Source of the DNA: Octopus bimaculoides | Taxonomy: Eukaryota | Reading direction: 5' to 3' | NCBI RefSeq assembly: GCF_001194135.2 | Contig: NC_068984.1 | Span: 15,879,389-15,943,388 of the forward strand | DNA length: 64,000 nt | Part shown: one piece after another, positions 48,081 to 60,265 of the stretch | Numbering within the stretch: position 1 is the first letter of the stretch | Layout of the letters: each line of letters opens with the position of its first letter | Notes under the pieces: generated by a model | Told to the model about the DNA's origin: nothing | What the model saw: the letters and a program-made list of their open reading frames with translations, nothing else | Databases searched by the model: none | Made by a program: the position numbers and the translations under genes

Positions 48081-48719
48081 TGGTCATTAATTAGCAATCC
48101 ATTATCTTTTCAGTCAATATACAGTGGCCACGCTGGGGCACCGCCATGAAGAATTTCAGCAGAATGAATTTACTCCAGCACTTATTTTTGCTTTGTTTTA
48201 AAGCCTTGTACACACTCTATTGTTTTTTTTTTAGCCTAATTGCTAAGTTATGAGAATGTAAACACCCCAACACAGGTTGTTAAGCAGTGAAGGGGGACAA
48301 TCAAAGACAGACACACACAAGATGGGCTTCTTTCCATTTCCATTTGTCAAATTCACTCACATAGCTTTGGTTGGACTAAAGCTAACAGAAGACACTTGCC
48401 CAAGGTACCACACAGTGGGACTGAACCTGGAATCATGTGGTTGGGAAGCAAACTTCTTAACACACAACCATGCCTGCACCTTTGTTATACACTATCAGGC
48501 TGATTCTGAGGATTGTGTTAAGGGTACAAGTGCCCGTGGAATATTCACCCACTTACATTACAATGTAGTGCAAATGGGTGAGTATTCCACAGACACCTAT
48601 ATTCTTAACACAATCCTCAAAATCAGAATGATAATGTGTGACAAATTAAAGGGATAAGTCTATCAAAAGGTCTTCAACACATTTGACATCTCACCAATTT
48701 GAAATTTAAAAATACTTAC

Positions 48720-48809
48720 CTGTAAACACCTTACTGTATCCAAATGGCCTACCATCGTCACTTTACATGCTATACTGGACCATCTGTCTTGGGTTGATAA
48801 GTCCCAAAC
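48720..48809 (-). CDS. F-box/WD40 protein exon (VWDLSTQDRWSSIACKVTMVGHLDTVRCLQ)
   Basis: catag acceptor, gtaagt donor, phase 0-0. Confidence 0.93.
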
Positions 48810-48908
48810 CTATGTAAGCGAGTGAAGGGAAAGTATACATTATGTATGAAAGATTAGGTTGTGGGAAGGAAAAAGAAGTTTTTATTTTGAAATTAGTTGA
48901 GGACTTAC

Positions 48909-49034
48909 TTTTATTGTTCTGTCTGAAGAACCACTCACAAGACGGTTGCCTTCTAAATGCAAACACCGTACAGTTCCACTATGGCCAACTAATGTTTGAA
49001 CTGACCAAGGAGCATTTGTTCGAATATTCCAGAC
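48909..49034 (-). CDS. F-box/WD40 protein exon (VWNIRTNAPWSVQTLVGHSGTVRCLHLEGNRLVSGSSDRTIK)
   Basis: Polypyrimidine tract + cag, gtaagt donor, phase 0-0. Confidence 0.93.
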
Positions 49035-49162
49035 CTGTAGAGAGAAAAAAAAAAATCATAGGAATACATAATATTTAAAAAATTGAACAGAAAGACGTCA
49101 ATGAAAGTTTACATGCAACAAATGGACATGTTCGTTCCCTGTCAATTATCCAAAAACCATTA

Positions 49163-49544
49163 GAGGAGGCGCAATGGCCCAGTGGATAGGGCAGCAGACT
49201 TGCAGTCATAGGATCGCGGTTTCGATTCCCAGACCGGGCGTTGTGAGTGTTTATTGAGCGAAAACACCTAAAGCTCCACGAGGCTCCGTCAGGGGATGGT
49301 GGCGAACCCTGCTGTACTCTTCCACCGCAACTTTCTCTCACTCTTACTTCCTGTTTCTGTTGTGCCTGTAATTCAAATGGTCAGCCTTGTCACACTGTCA
49401 CGCTGAATATCCCCGAGAACTACGTTAAGGGTACACATGTCTGTGGAGTGCTCAGCCACTCGCACGTTAATTTCATGAGCAGGCTGTTCTGTTGATTGGC
49501 TCAACTGGAACCCTCGACGTCGTAAGCGACGGAGTGCTAACAAA
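49163..49544 (+). mobile_element. SINE family C copy with a 15-bp TSD
   Basis: atccaaaaaccatta at 49148-49162 and 49545-49559. Confidence 0.92.
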
Positions 49545-50350
49545 ATCCAAAAACCATTAATGCCTTTAATGATTTTATAGATATAACAGGTGACCAAACC
49601 TTTGGCGATATACTGTGTTTGTGTAGACCTGTCAAGTCAAATGAGACCATAGTCATGGCTGATGCTGGTGTTAGGTCATTGGCACCCATGTCGGTGGCAT
49701 GTAAAAGTTGGTGTTAGGAAGGGCATCCAGCTACAGAGACCTTACCAAATCAGATTGGAACCTGGTGTAGCCCCTCGGATTGCCAGTTTTCAGTCAAACC
49801 ACCCAACTCATGCCAACATGGAAAGCAGATGTTAAATGATGAAGATGATGTAATAATTTCCCCATGGTTGGACATATTTTTGCAGAAGTTTGGAAATGAG
49901 CATTGCTTGCATGACAGTAATCCTTGTTTACAGCCATCAGATGATGTTAACACAGGGTATCTATACACACACATACACACTATGGGCTTCTTTCAGTTTC
50001 TGTCTACTACATCCACTCACAAGGCTTTTGTTGTCCCAAGGCTATAAGTAGAAGATACCATGCAGTGGGACTGAACCCAAGGCCACATGGTTGGGAAGCA
50101 AGTTTCTTAACTGCACAGCTACAAGCTTAAAAAATGATTTGCTTACATGAAGAAATGGTGTGATGTTTAAAAATCACCAAAGCTTGTGTTTACAGAAAAT
50201 GTCTGGAGTATGAAGGGTGATAAGTAACAGGTGAATGAATGGGGATGCTAATAAAAACAGATTGAAGCAAATCTGGAGTGAATTAGGAAAGTTGATAAAT
50301 ATGTTTGCTATTTTAAGGACAACATAGGAGACAATTAACAAAAAACATAT

Positions 50351-50440
<90 letters not shown>

Positions 50441-51060
50441 AAATTAAGTTATTTATAAGTAATTAAATAATTGTTTCCTCTGAAACCATATTACCAACTC
50501 CATAAACAGATTGAAGGGAAACAAATGTAATTTGATGTTTATATAAAAAAAAATTTTCAGGAGCTGAATACATTTTTTCATCCACCAACAATTCAGCGAA
50601 ACGAATTGTTACCAGAAGGCAGGAAGTATCATCACAGTGTGTACAAGTTTCATTTTATGGTCAATCATGGGAGACAACTCTCGAGGTAGTCTTAATCGTA
50701 TTCTGGTATTCTCTGTGAAATGTAAGCCTAGCTGTAACTTATTGGAGGGGAATCAAACGAATAGATAGATAAATATAGCGGAATGTATATCTGTAGGTAT
50801 AGATAGATGGAATAGTTCAGAAACTATTCTGTGATGCCTGCTGGCCATCATCATCACCACGATGATGCTGGCATGGGTTGGAGCATTTGGCAGGCCAAAA
50901 GACTGTACCAAGCCCCACTGTCTGTTTAGGTATGATTTTTATGGTTAGGTGCCTCTCCTGACGCCAGTGGGGATTAATATTTAATGCATGCAACATTCAA
51001 GAGTTGAAGTAGAATAAAATGTGGAGAAGAAACGAAAATGATAGTTAAGATATAACATAC

Positions 51061-51125
51061 CCGGATTGTTTTGTCTGACGATCCGCTAACGATTCGTGTA
51101 TCGTCAAACTGAATACAAGAAATAC
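51061..51125 (-). CDS. F-box/WD40 protein exon ((G)ISCIQFDDTRIVSGSSDKTIR)
   Basis: ttttctag acceptor, gtatgt donor, phase 1-0. Confidence 0.93.
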
Positions 51126-51348
51126 CTAGAAAAAAAAAGAAATCAATAAAGCAGAGATAAAACAAAAACATTTTAAAAATGAAAGCATACATCATTATTT
51201 AATGGGTCAGATAAAGTTTGCTGAGGCAGATTTTCCACAGCTGGATGTTCTTCCTGTCACCAACCCTCATTTATTTCCCCCATGGCCAAGAATGTTCTTC
51301 ACAGAATACTGGAAACAAACAACCTCATCTGTATGACAATGATGCTCA

Positions 51349-51701
51349 TTTGCAACCATTGTGTGATATTTATTACAGGGTGCACACAAACAAATACACA
51401 CGCACAGGCTTCTTCCAATTTGTATCAAATCAAATCCACTTAATTGTTGTTGTGGCCGATGCCAGTGTTGTGTAACTGGCCTGTTTAAACCACCCTTCAA
51501 TCGTTGGGCGATATGCAGTGCTTGTGAAGACCTGTCAAGCCAGGCCGATGCCAGTACCGTCTGACTGGTCTCTGTTCTGGTGGCACGACACTGGCATCAG
51601 CCACAACTACAATTAAGTGGATTTGATTTGATACAAATTGAAAGAAGCCTGTATGTGTGTTTGTGTGCACCCTGTAATAAATATCACATAATGGTTGCAA
51701 A
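51349..51701. repeat. Inverted duplication of a chimeric SINE fragment (~120-bp arms, ~110-bp spacer)
   Basis: 51349-51472 pairs with 51584-51701. Confidence 0.88.
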
Positions 51702-52657
51702 TATACTTGCCCAAGATGCCACTGAACACAAAGGACTACATGATTGGGAACTAAGCTTCTTAACCACAAAACCATGTCTGTCTGCACCTAATAGCCACAT
51801 TTGTGCCAACATCTTTTTAATAGATGTGAAGACACACAGAAGGGAGTGGATTCGGCAGAATCTATATAGAAGTGGATACAATGCCATTTGGTGCTTAGTG
51901 GTCACACCTTGTCACGAGTTCAACTCCTGCTTAGTTTTCATTTTCCTGGAGTTGATAACAAAGTAACAGTCAAGTAGTGAATTGAAATTTACAGTCAACA
52001 CTCACAAGAAATTGTTGGGCATGTGTCTGTTACAAATCATTATGAAGACATACATATGATTGAAACTGCTATAAGACTTGCACATAATCATTGTACTAAA
52101 GCCATAAGTCTAATTAAGGCTGCTATAACTATCATCATCATTGTTTAACATTCACTTTTCCATGCTTTTCTACTCTGGGCAGAAGGCCCGAAAATTTGGG
52201 GGGAGGGGCCCAGTTGATTAGATTGACTCCAATATGCAACTGGTACTTAATTTATCAATCCTGAAAGGATGAAAAGCAAAGTTGACCTTGGCAGAATTTG
52301 AACTCACAATGTAAAGACAGACGAAATACCACTAAGCATTTCGCCCAGCATGCTAACGTTTCTGCCAGCTTGCTGCCTTATTCACTTTGCCATGCTTGCA
52401 CAAAGTTTATTAAAGCGGATTTTCTATGGCCTTCCTGTCACCAACCATCACCCCTTCCCAAGCAAGGTGACATTTCCCCAATATCAGGCTTCTTTCAGTT
52501 TCTATCTATGAAATCTACTCTCAATGCTTTGGTTGGCCTGGGGCTATAAGAAAAAAGACAACAGCAACAACACTTGCCCAAAGTGCCAAGCAGTAGGACT
52601 GAACCTGAAACCATGTGGAAAGGAAGTAAACTTCTTAACCACAGAGCCTATTAGATA

Positions 52658-52827
52658 TGTGTAATTAAGGGTAATAAAGCTTTATGTGTAATTAAGGGTG
52701 TTAAGGTATGTATAAGTAAAGGTGCTAAAGCCACAGGTGTACTTAAGAGTGCTAAAGACGTGTAATTAAGGGTGTTAGATACATATAATTAAAAGTGCTA
52801 AAATCACAGGTAATTAACAGTGCTAAA
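52658..52827. repeat. Degenerate ~20-26-bp tandem repeat (tgtgtaattaagggtg(c/t)taaa-like)
   Basis: About seven diverged units read directly. Confidence 0.65.
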
Positions 52828-53049
52828 CTCAAACAAGTCTGAACCAATAAAGGAGCCTCAGTGCAATTGCTTGATCTGCTAAAATAGCAGTCAAGTTTTT
52901 TAAAATCATGTCCTACCATCTTGAAGCAGGAGCAACACATTCACATTGGACAGTGTATATAGGGTGGTCACTGCTGGAAGGCCTTTGACCATAGGTTTTG
53001 CTCAATCTGAGCAAGACAATGAAGGTTTAAAAATCCAACAATTATTTAC

Positions 53050-53140
53050 CTTGAGTGTGTCCCTCAAAAGTCCTGACCGTGCAACGCCCTTTTAACCAGT
53101 TATTTCGCAATCGAAACCGCTCAGCAAAAACTTTCTTCCA
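53050..53140 (-). CDS. F-box/WD40 protein exon (WKKVFAERFRLRNNWLKGRCTVRTFEGHTQ)
   Basis: ctttcag acceptor, gtaaat donor, phase 0-1. Confidence 0.93.
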
Positions 53141-53998
53141 CTGAAAGAATTAAAAACAACAAGTTCAGGACACTAACCAACAGTTCAAGACAGCGAAAAT
53201 GATTGCAAAAAGTTAAATAATTCCAATGACCCACGGTTATGTATATTACTCAATTAGAAATTCATCACCAAAAAGAAAAAAAAAAAATAACAAACAGCTA
53301 ATTTTTTTCTATGTATTCACTTTTTCAAGTTTGAAAATGTAGGCTTTTGAAATGAGAATAATGACAATTTTCAGCTTCTGTAGAACTAAGTTAAATGGAC
53401 TATTGCATTTTATCTAAGAGCACAATTTGAAAGCAGAGACAGAAATAGAATATATGGCAAATCTTTAGTCACATTGCTAAATTTCCTAACTAGTCATTTT
53501 TGTAGGCTACTATAATAATATGGAAACAGCCATTTGTGTCCTATACCTAATGTATATACACCAGTGAAAGGCATGATGCTGTGGTTTTCTCTGAGAGAAA
53601 ATCTCTTCATAGATACATGTTTAAAATACAATATATATTGGAATGCGGTGAACATTGTCCCAGCAGTGACTCACAAGAATGTCAGATGTATTTTAGCCTT
53701 TTCAGGCTTTGTCAATGATGTGTACCTGGCTGTTGTCTGCCTAAATGAAATTCATCCTCTGCTTGTGCTGGTGCCACGTTAAAAGCACTCAGTACATTCT
53801 GTGGAGTGGTTGGTGTTAGGAAGGGCATCCAACTGTAGAAATCATGCCAGAACAGACAATGGAGTCTGGTGTGGCCCCAGGCCTTACCGGCTCCAGTCAA
53901 ATCATCCAACGCATGCCAGCATGGAAAACAGATTTATGATAATGATATACAGTGAACAGCTTTATTTGTAAAAGTTTTAGTAAGAGTTTACCATTTAC

Positions 53999-54159
53999 CT
54001 GAATGCAACCTTCAGGGGACATATGATTGATCACTTGTTTATGTTCTGCCATTTTAGACAATTGCCATTTTGGCTGGCAACAAAACCGACGCCAGAAAGT
54101 AGGATCCTCACAAATTCGGCGCCAAATTTTGCAAACTTGTGAAGAACGGCATAGAGTCA
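53999..54159 (-). CDS. F-box/WD40 protein exon, second half of the F-box ((V)TLCRSSQVCKIWRRICEDPTFW...CIQ)
   Basis: ttgttacag acceptor, gtaaat donor, phase 1-0. Confidence 0.92.
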
Positions 54160-56317
54160 CTGTAACAAAAAAAATTCTTTTTTTAATCCTATGAAATTAT
54201 ATTACAACACAAAAATATATATCTTTTTCTAATTATAAAAACTCAGGCATTTACCACTCATTAAAATTTCAATATAAACAAAACATTGAACTGACTCCTG
54301 TGTAGGTGGCACGTAAAAAACACCATTTGAGCATGGCCATTGCTAGTACCATTAGACTGGCCCTCGTGCCGGTGGCACGTAAAAAGCACCCACTACACTA
54401 TCGGAGTGGTTGGCATTAGGAAGGGCATCCAGCTGTAGAAACTCTGCCAGATCAGATTGGAGCCTGGTGCAGCCATCTGGTTCGCCAGTCCCCAGTCAAA
54501 TCGTCCAACCCATGTTAGCATGGAAAGTGGACGTTAAATGATGATGATGATGAATCCATGAAACCCTTCTCCAACAGCATCTACTCTCTTACTCTCCTCA
54601 CCCTCCTACATGTACAAACCAATTGCCCTTACTATAACCAACCCTTTATCATCACCTTGCTTAAAATTATCCCAGTCTCTCTCCTATTCTCTTTAGTCAA
54701 GCATAAGTTGATCTTACTAGTGCTGATGAAAGGAAAAAAAACCCCAAAAAACTCAATGAAGTGGTTGGCATTAGGAAGGGCATTCAGCTGTAGACATCAT
54801 GTCAATACTGAGACATTGGAGTACAATGGAGGGGTGGGGTGTCTTCAAATTTGTCAGATCCTATCATAGTGTCCAACTTAACCCATTACCAACCAGTGAT
54901 CTCATATGAGATCACTTAAAAATTACAAATTTCATAATTATCTGTCAATATTTACACATATCTAACCTTTTTGCTATATCTATTAGGTATATTTCTCTGA
55001 TATTCAAATGAGGTTTGCTAATTTTTCACCCAATATCTCGCTTATTTCTATTTAGAATGTTATTTTGATCATTCCAGCGTGTTTCTAAGGCTGTTTTATG
55101 CTAGAAATCCAAGTTTCATCAAAAAAATTCCAGTTAATAGAATTATGGGAGGTAATGGGTTAAGACAACATGGAAACCACTTTCCACATAAAATGATGAT
55201 GAAAGAAGTGAGGAAACAGAGGCATCAAAATGTCATAAAAATGGAAACATGGATCAGTACCGCCTGACTGGCCTTCATGTCAGTGGCACGTAAAAGCACC
55301 CACTACACTCTCTGAGTGGTTGGTGCTAGGAAGGGCATCCAGCTGTAGAAACTCTGCCAAATCAGATTGGAGCCTGGTGTTGCCATCCGGTTTCACCAGT
55401 CCTCAGTTAAATCGTCCAACCCATACTAGCATGGAAAGTGGACGTTAAACGATGATGATGATGGATATGCAATAAGCAATGAGAAGGGGATTTAAGTGAA
55501 AATATATTAGGAGTGCCAGTGTTTATGGTTTTGAGTTCAAATCCACTGTAGGCATTTTGTTGTGTTCCTGACCAGGATACTTAAAATTCAGCATGCCTTT
55601 AACTGAATCAGACTTTTTGAGTTGAGAATTTCAATTTAGGGAAGATCAGGAAGCTGGTGGTAGGTGGTAGTGCATAAAAAGGGGTGCAAGGTGGAGATCC
55701 ACATAGTAAAGCTGTAGATAAATGAAAAATAGAGAAATGGTGTGAAATGTGAAGAGAGAGAGAGAGAGAGAGAGAAGACACAGCACTAAAGATGGAGGTC
55801 AGAGGTACATAAAGTGGATAGAGTTAGTGATGCAAAAGGGCATCAGTGGCAGATATGAGACCATGTTCATGGGGAAAGGAGTGTTCAGTGGAAAATTAAG
55901 TGGTAAAGAATGATGTTGAGAATGCGGGATCGGTGACAAGGGAAGTGGTTCTAAGGTGGGGATAACTGTTAGCACAAAAGTGGGGGATAATATTTAATGG
56001 GAAAGGATTAAATGCTTGTGTCAGAGCATAATTGCAACATAACATGGGTATAACCAGAATTTCAACAAGTGAGGTTATCAAGTACAAAATCAATCTACCA
56101 CTAACCAACTAATTTGTGAAAAGTACAAAAAAAAGTGTTAGATAATTTATATTTGTATGGACTGGCAGAGAGGGGAGGGTATGGGGTTGTCAAACTCATC
56201 CCTACAGGTGTGAAAATCAAGGGACAGAAAAATATTTTCGATTGTCTACAGAAGTGAATTTTAAGTATTCAATGATTGTAGTACAGTAAACAAAAAAAGG
56301 AAAAACAAATTACTCAC

Positions 56318-56462
56318 CAGGATCTAGAAATGACATGATTTTAGTGGCTAAATTAGTTGGTAACCAAGTAATGATATCTTGGCAATTTGGAGGACAACCT
56401 CGATGCAAATTAGGCTCCATTTTCACAGAAAGCAAATGTAACTGAGGCAACTCACAACCTTT
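56318..56462 (-). CDS. F-box/WD40 protein exon, start of the F-box (KGCELPQLHLL...QDIITWLPTNLATKIMSFLDP)
   Basis: tctag acceptor, gtgagt donor, phase 0-1; LP..L...I.SFLDP F-box signature. Confidence 0.9.
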
Positions 56463-58743
56463 CTAGATTTAAAAAAAAAGTGAAAGGTTTTATTAGAGAC
56501 ATAAACCATATGGAATGTTAAAACAAACAATTTGTAAATATTTCTACAACTGTTTACTCTTTTACTTGTTTCAGTCATTTGACTGCGGCCATGCTTGAGC
56601 ACCGCCCTTAGTCGAGCAAATCGACCCCAGGACTTATTCTTTGTAAGCCTAGTACTTATTCTATCGTTCTCTTTTGCCGAACTGCTAAGTTACGGGGACG
56701 TAAACACATCAGCATCGGTTGTCAAGCGATGTGGGGGGGGGGGCAAATACAGACACATAAACACACACATACATATATACGACGGGCTTCTTTCAGTTTC
56801 CGTCTACCAAATCCACTCACAAGGCTTTGGTCGGCCCGAGGCTATAGTAGAAGACACTTGCCCAAGGTGCCACGCAGTAGGACTGAACCCGGAACCATGT
56901 GGTTGGTAAGCAAGCTACTTACCACAGAACCACTTCTACGCCTATATATAAATTATTTTATAAATTATTCAGATAAAAATTTTGGCTCAAAATGAAGATA
57001 TTAAATCTATCTTTCCATTTTCTCTGTTCACTATTTCTGGGATCATTGTGGGGATTGAGTTCTTAGGCACCTCCTCCATAGGATCCTATCAGAAGCAACT
57101 GTCCTTACACTTTCCAGTTACCAATCACTATGCTTGTTCCCTTTGGGACTCGCTTTGGGGTCCCAGGACATGCATCCTTTGTGCTCCTACACTATGTCTC
57201 CTAGAATAAGTTGCAGGTTTACTGCTGTTTGTACCAGCATTGAGTGGAGATGGCATAATATTTTATGAATAGATCCCCTCTATTTAAGGTCCAAACATGT
57301 CTTATTAACTTGCATGATGGACAATGTGGTATGGTTTATTCCTTCAAACACTTTTCTTATTGTAGCTTTTGGTGGTCTTATTTGCATCAGGCATGAAGCT
57401 TATCTTCATATTGGACCAGCAAATTAATATTAACATTAGGTACCTATGCTCAGACTGAGATTAGTGATACTGCATTTACCCATGTACCCAAGGAGGGCGC
57501 AATACGACAACGCCATATTGATTACGATGTTTCCAGATCAACAGCAACATTTTAAATTATGAATGTACAAAATCAGTCAAAAAATTAGAAAACTACACTC
57601 ATTTACATTTTTTAGTAAATTACACAAATTGGCAACACTTATGGCATCATTGGTGAGCAGCTCTCCATTCACTTTATGCATTAAATTTCACATTTGTCAC
57701 CCCTATTAACCCATTTAGAACAGTTTTGCTATAATGCACATTATCCACTGAACTCAACCAGAGTAGTTTCGAGACTAGGTAGACACTAGTTTAATAATTG
57801 AGCTCTGATTGGCTGTATGCAAATGAGTTCATAACTGGGGTCCCGAACTCTTGTGGGAAAAAAATTTCGCGAATGGGACACCAGTCCATTACAGAGTTAC
57901 TGATTTGAAGCTGAGTGGACTGAAGCAATGTGAAATGAAGTGTCTTGCTCAAGAACACAACATAGTGCTTGGTTGAGGAATTGAAACCATGATTTTGTGA
58001 TCATAAGGGCAATACTCTAACCTCCAAGGCCAAGCACCTTCATCTTGAGTGAAACTGAGAAGGTGGAAACTGTATAGAAGCTCATTGCTTAGATTGTACC
58101 TGTAATTTTAATGTCTAGCCTTGTCGCACCATATCATGCTGTTTCTGTATGAGAATTCCGTTTGGATTGGATTGCCTATGTTTAGTCCACCACAGGATGA
58201 AGGCCACAATATGTTCTCTCCACCAACCACAGTCCAATGTGGAGGCTGTGAATTTGAGTTTGAGATTGCACTGGTTTGATAAGCCTTCTTTGGAACACTG
58301 GCACAACATGGGTTGGCAGAGGAGTGCCATTTTTATACTCTTACTCAGGAGTAGTTACATTTATTCCAGCACTTAACTGGTATTTATTATGTTAAGAGTA
58401 CAGGTATCTGTGGAATATTCAGCCTCTTTCATGTTAATTGAATGATCCTGATCATTCAGTCGAATGAACAACTGAAAAATCATGGTTGGAAATTCTGACC
58501 AGGATCCATATATATTATTCACAAACCATAAATACTGTAGCAGACTGACAGTTCCAGGACAAGATATGTAAAAATGTAGTGGTTACTGCGATAGTTCATT
58601 TAATGGAGTATATAAAATACCAGTGATAGACAGGTTAAACATAATGCTTAAATTTACAGTACAAATCAATAGAAAGCAATTATGAAAATAAACAGAGAAG
58701 AGTTCATTATGTTGATTTTGTAAGAAAATGTTCAGCCTCTTAC

Positions 58744-58809
58744 CAACAACCCTTTCAGAAAAATATTTTTCTGCTCATCATTAAATTCTAGAAACCATTT
58801 TCCCATTTC
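58744..58809 (-). CDS. F-box/WD40 protein exon (EMGKWFLEFNDEQKNIFLKGLL), dimerisation-domain-like
   Basis: Long T tract + ttcag, gtaaga donor, phase 0-0. Confidence 0.82.
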
Positions 58810-58954
58810 CTGAAATGAATAAAAAAAAAAGAGATAAAAAATTAATAACTAGTGAAAGAAAGAAAAAATAAACCCCTAAAAAATTAGCAAGAAATAGTGC
58901 ACAGATAGCTTTAACATTAGCAGCTACATAGAAAAACACCAAGTGGCAGAATAG

Positions 58955-60265
58955 TACAAGGGTTGGCTGAAAAGTTCATAGGCTGACCAGGATATTCTCA
59001 TGTGACCAAATGAAGTTTATTTTTGAGCATAGTTCCCTTTGTAGTCCACACTCTTCTTCCAGTGGTGTTGCAGTGTTTGGATTCTATTGATGAAAAAGCT
59101 TTCATTCTGCTAGTTAAAAAGTTATTTTTTCATGTTGGGAAAGGGATGATAGTCAGCTGGGGCCCAAATCAGTAGAATAAGGAAGGTGATCAACCAGTTC
59201 AAAGCCATAGTCATAGACAGCAGCCATTAAAAGCAAGGACTTGAGTGATGGAGCATTGTCCTAATGCAACAAAACTCCAGTGGTTTTCCTGGCTGTTTTG
59301 TCTCGATAACATTTCGTAACTGCTTCAGTAAGTTGGCATAGTATTTTCCATTGATAGTGTTGCTCTTTTGAAGATAGTCAAAAAACACAATGCCTTTTGC
59401 ATCCCAAAAAACTGAAGCCAACACTCACCCTGTAAATGAAACGATCTTGGCCTTCTTTGAAGCAGGTGAGGAGGGGATGTTTCCACTAAATGGAATGTCT
59501 CCTTGTCTCTGGCTCAAAGTGATGAAGCCAACACACATCCTGGCTTCGGAAATGTTCGAGGAAATAAGCTGGATCTTCCTTAAGCAATGTCAGATTTTCC
59601 TTTGATGTGATCAGCCTGGTGCACTTTTGATCAGGTGTCAGATGTAGCACCCACCAAGCAGGAACCTTCATCATGCCAAGCTCATTGTGCAGAATATTCT
59701 AATATGCTAATAGCATTGGCTAGTTGATTTACAGTCAATCGCCTGTCATCCATCACCATGTGGTGAATATGGTCGATGTTTTCCTTAGTGGTGCCAGTTG
59801 TAGGACGTCCAAACTGCAAGTTATCTTTAAGACTTTCTTGCTCTCCTAGATTCAGTTGTCCACTTTTGCACTTTTGATAAAGGTGGAGTATTATCCCCTA
59901 ATGTAGCAACCATGTCAGCATTAATGTCCATGGGAAATAAACCATTTTTCTGCAGACACTTGATAACACCACAATGCCAAGTTTTGTCCATTTTCAAGAG
60001 AAGTCACTACCAGTTACTTTTGAAGTATTCTTTGAACAGTCAGGAAAGAAGCAATGCAGTTCATCATCATCATCACCATCGTTTAACGTCCGCTTTCCAT
60101 GCTAACATGGGTTGGACGATTTGACTGAGGACTGGTGAACCAGGCTCCAATCTGATTTGGCAGAGTTTCTACAGCTGGATGCCCTTCCTAATGCCAACCA
60201 CTCCGAGAGTGTAGTGGGTGCTTTTACGTGCCACCGGCATGAAGGCCAGTCAGCCCACCCTCGTA
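58955..60265 (-). mobile_element. Near full-length decayed mariner (DD34D-type) with TA TSDs
   Basis: TA-caagggttggctg (58955) and cagcccaccctcg-TA (60265); ATG at 59991, then MDKTWH..., GRPTT, DRRLTV, ASVFWDAKGIVFFDYL; a family B copy replaces ~60062-60250. Confidence 0.88.
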
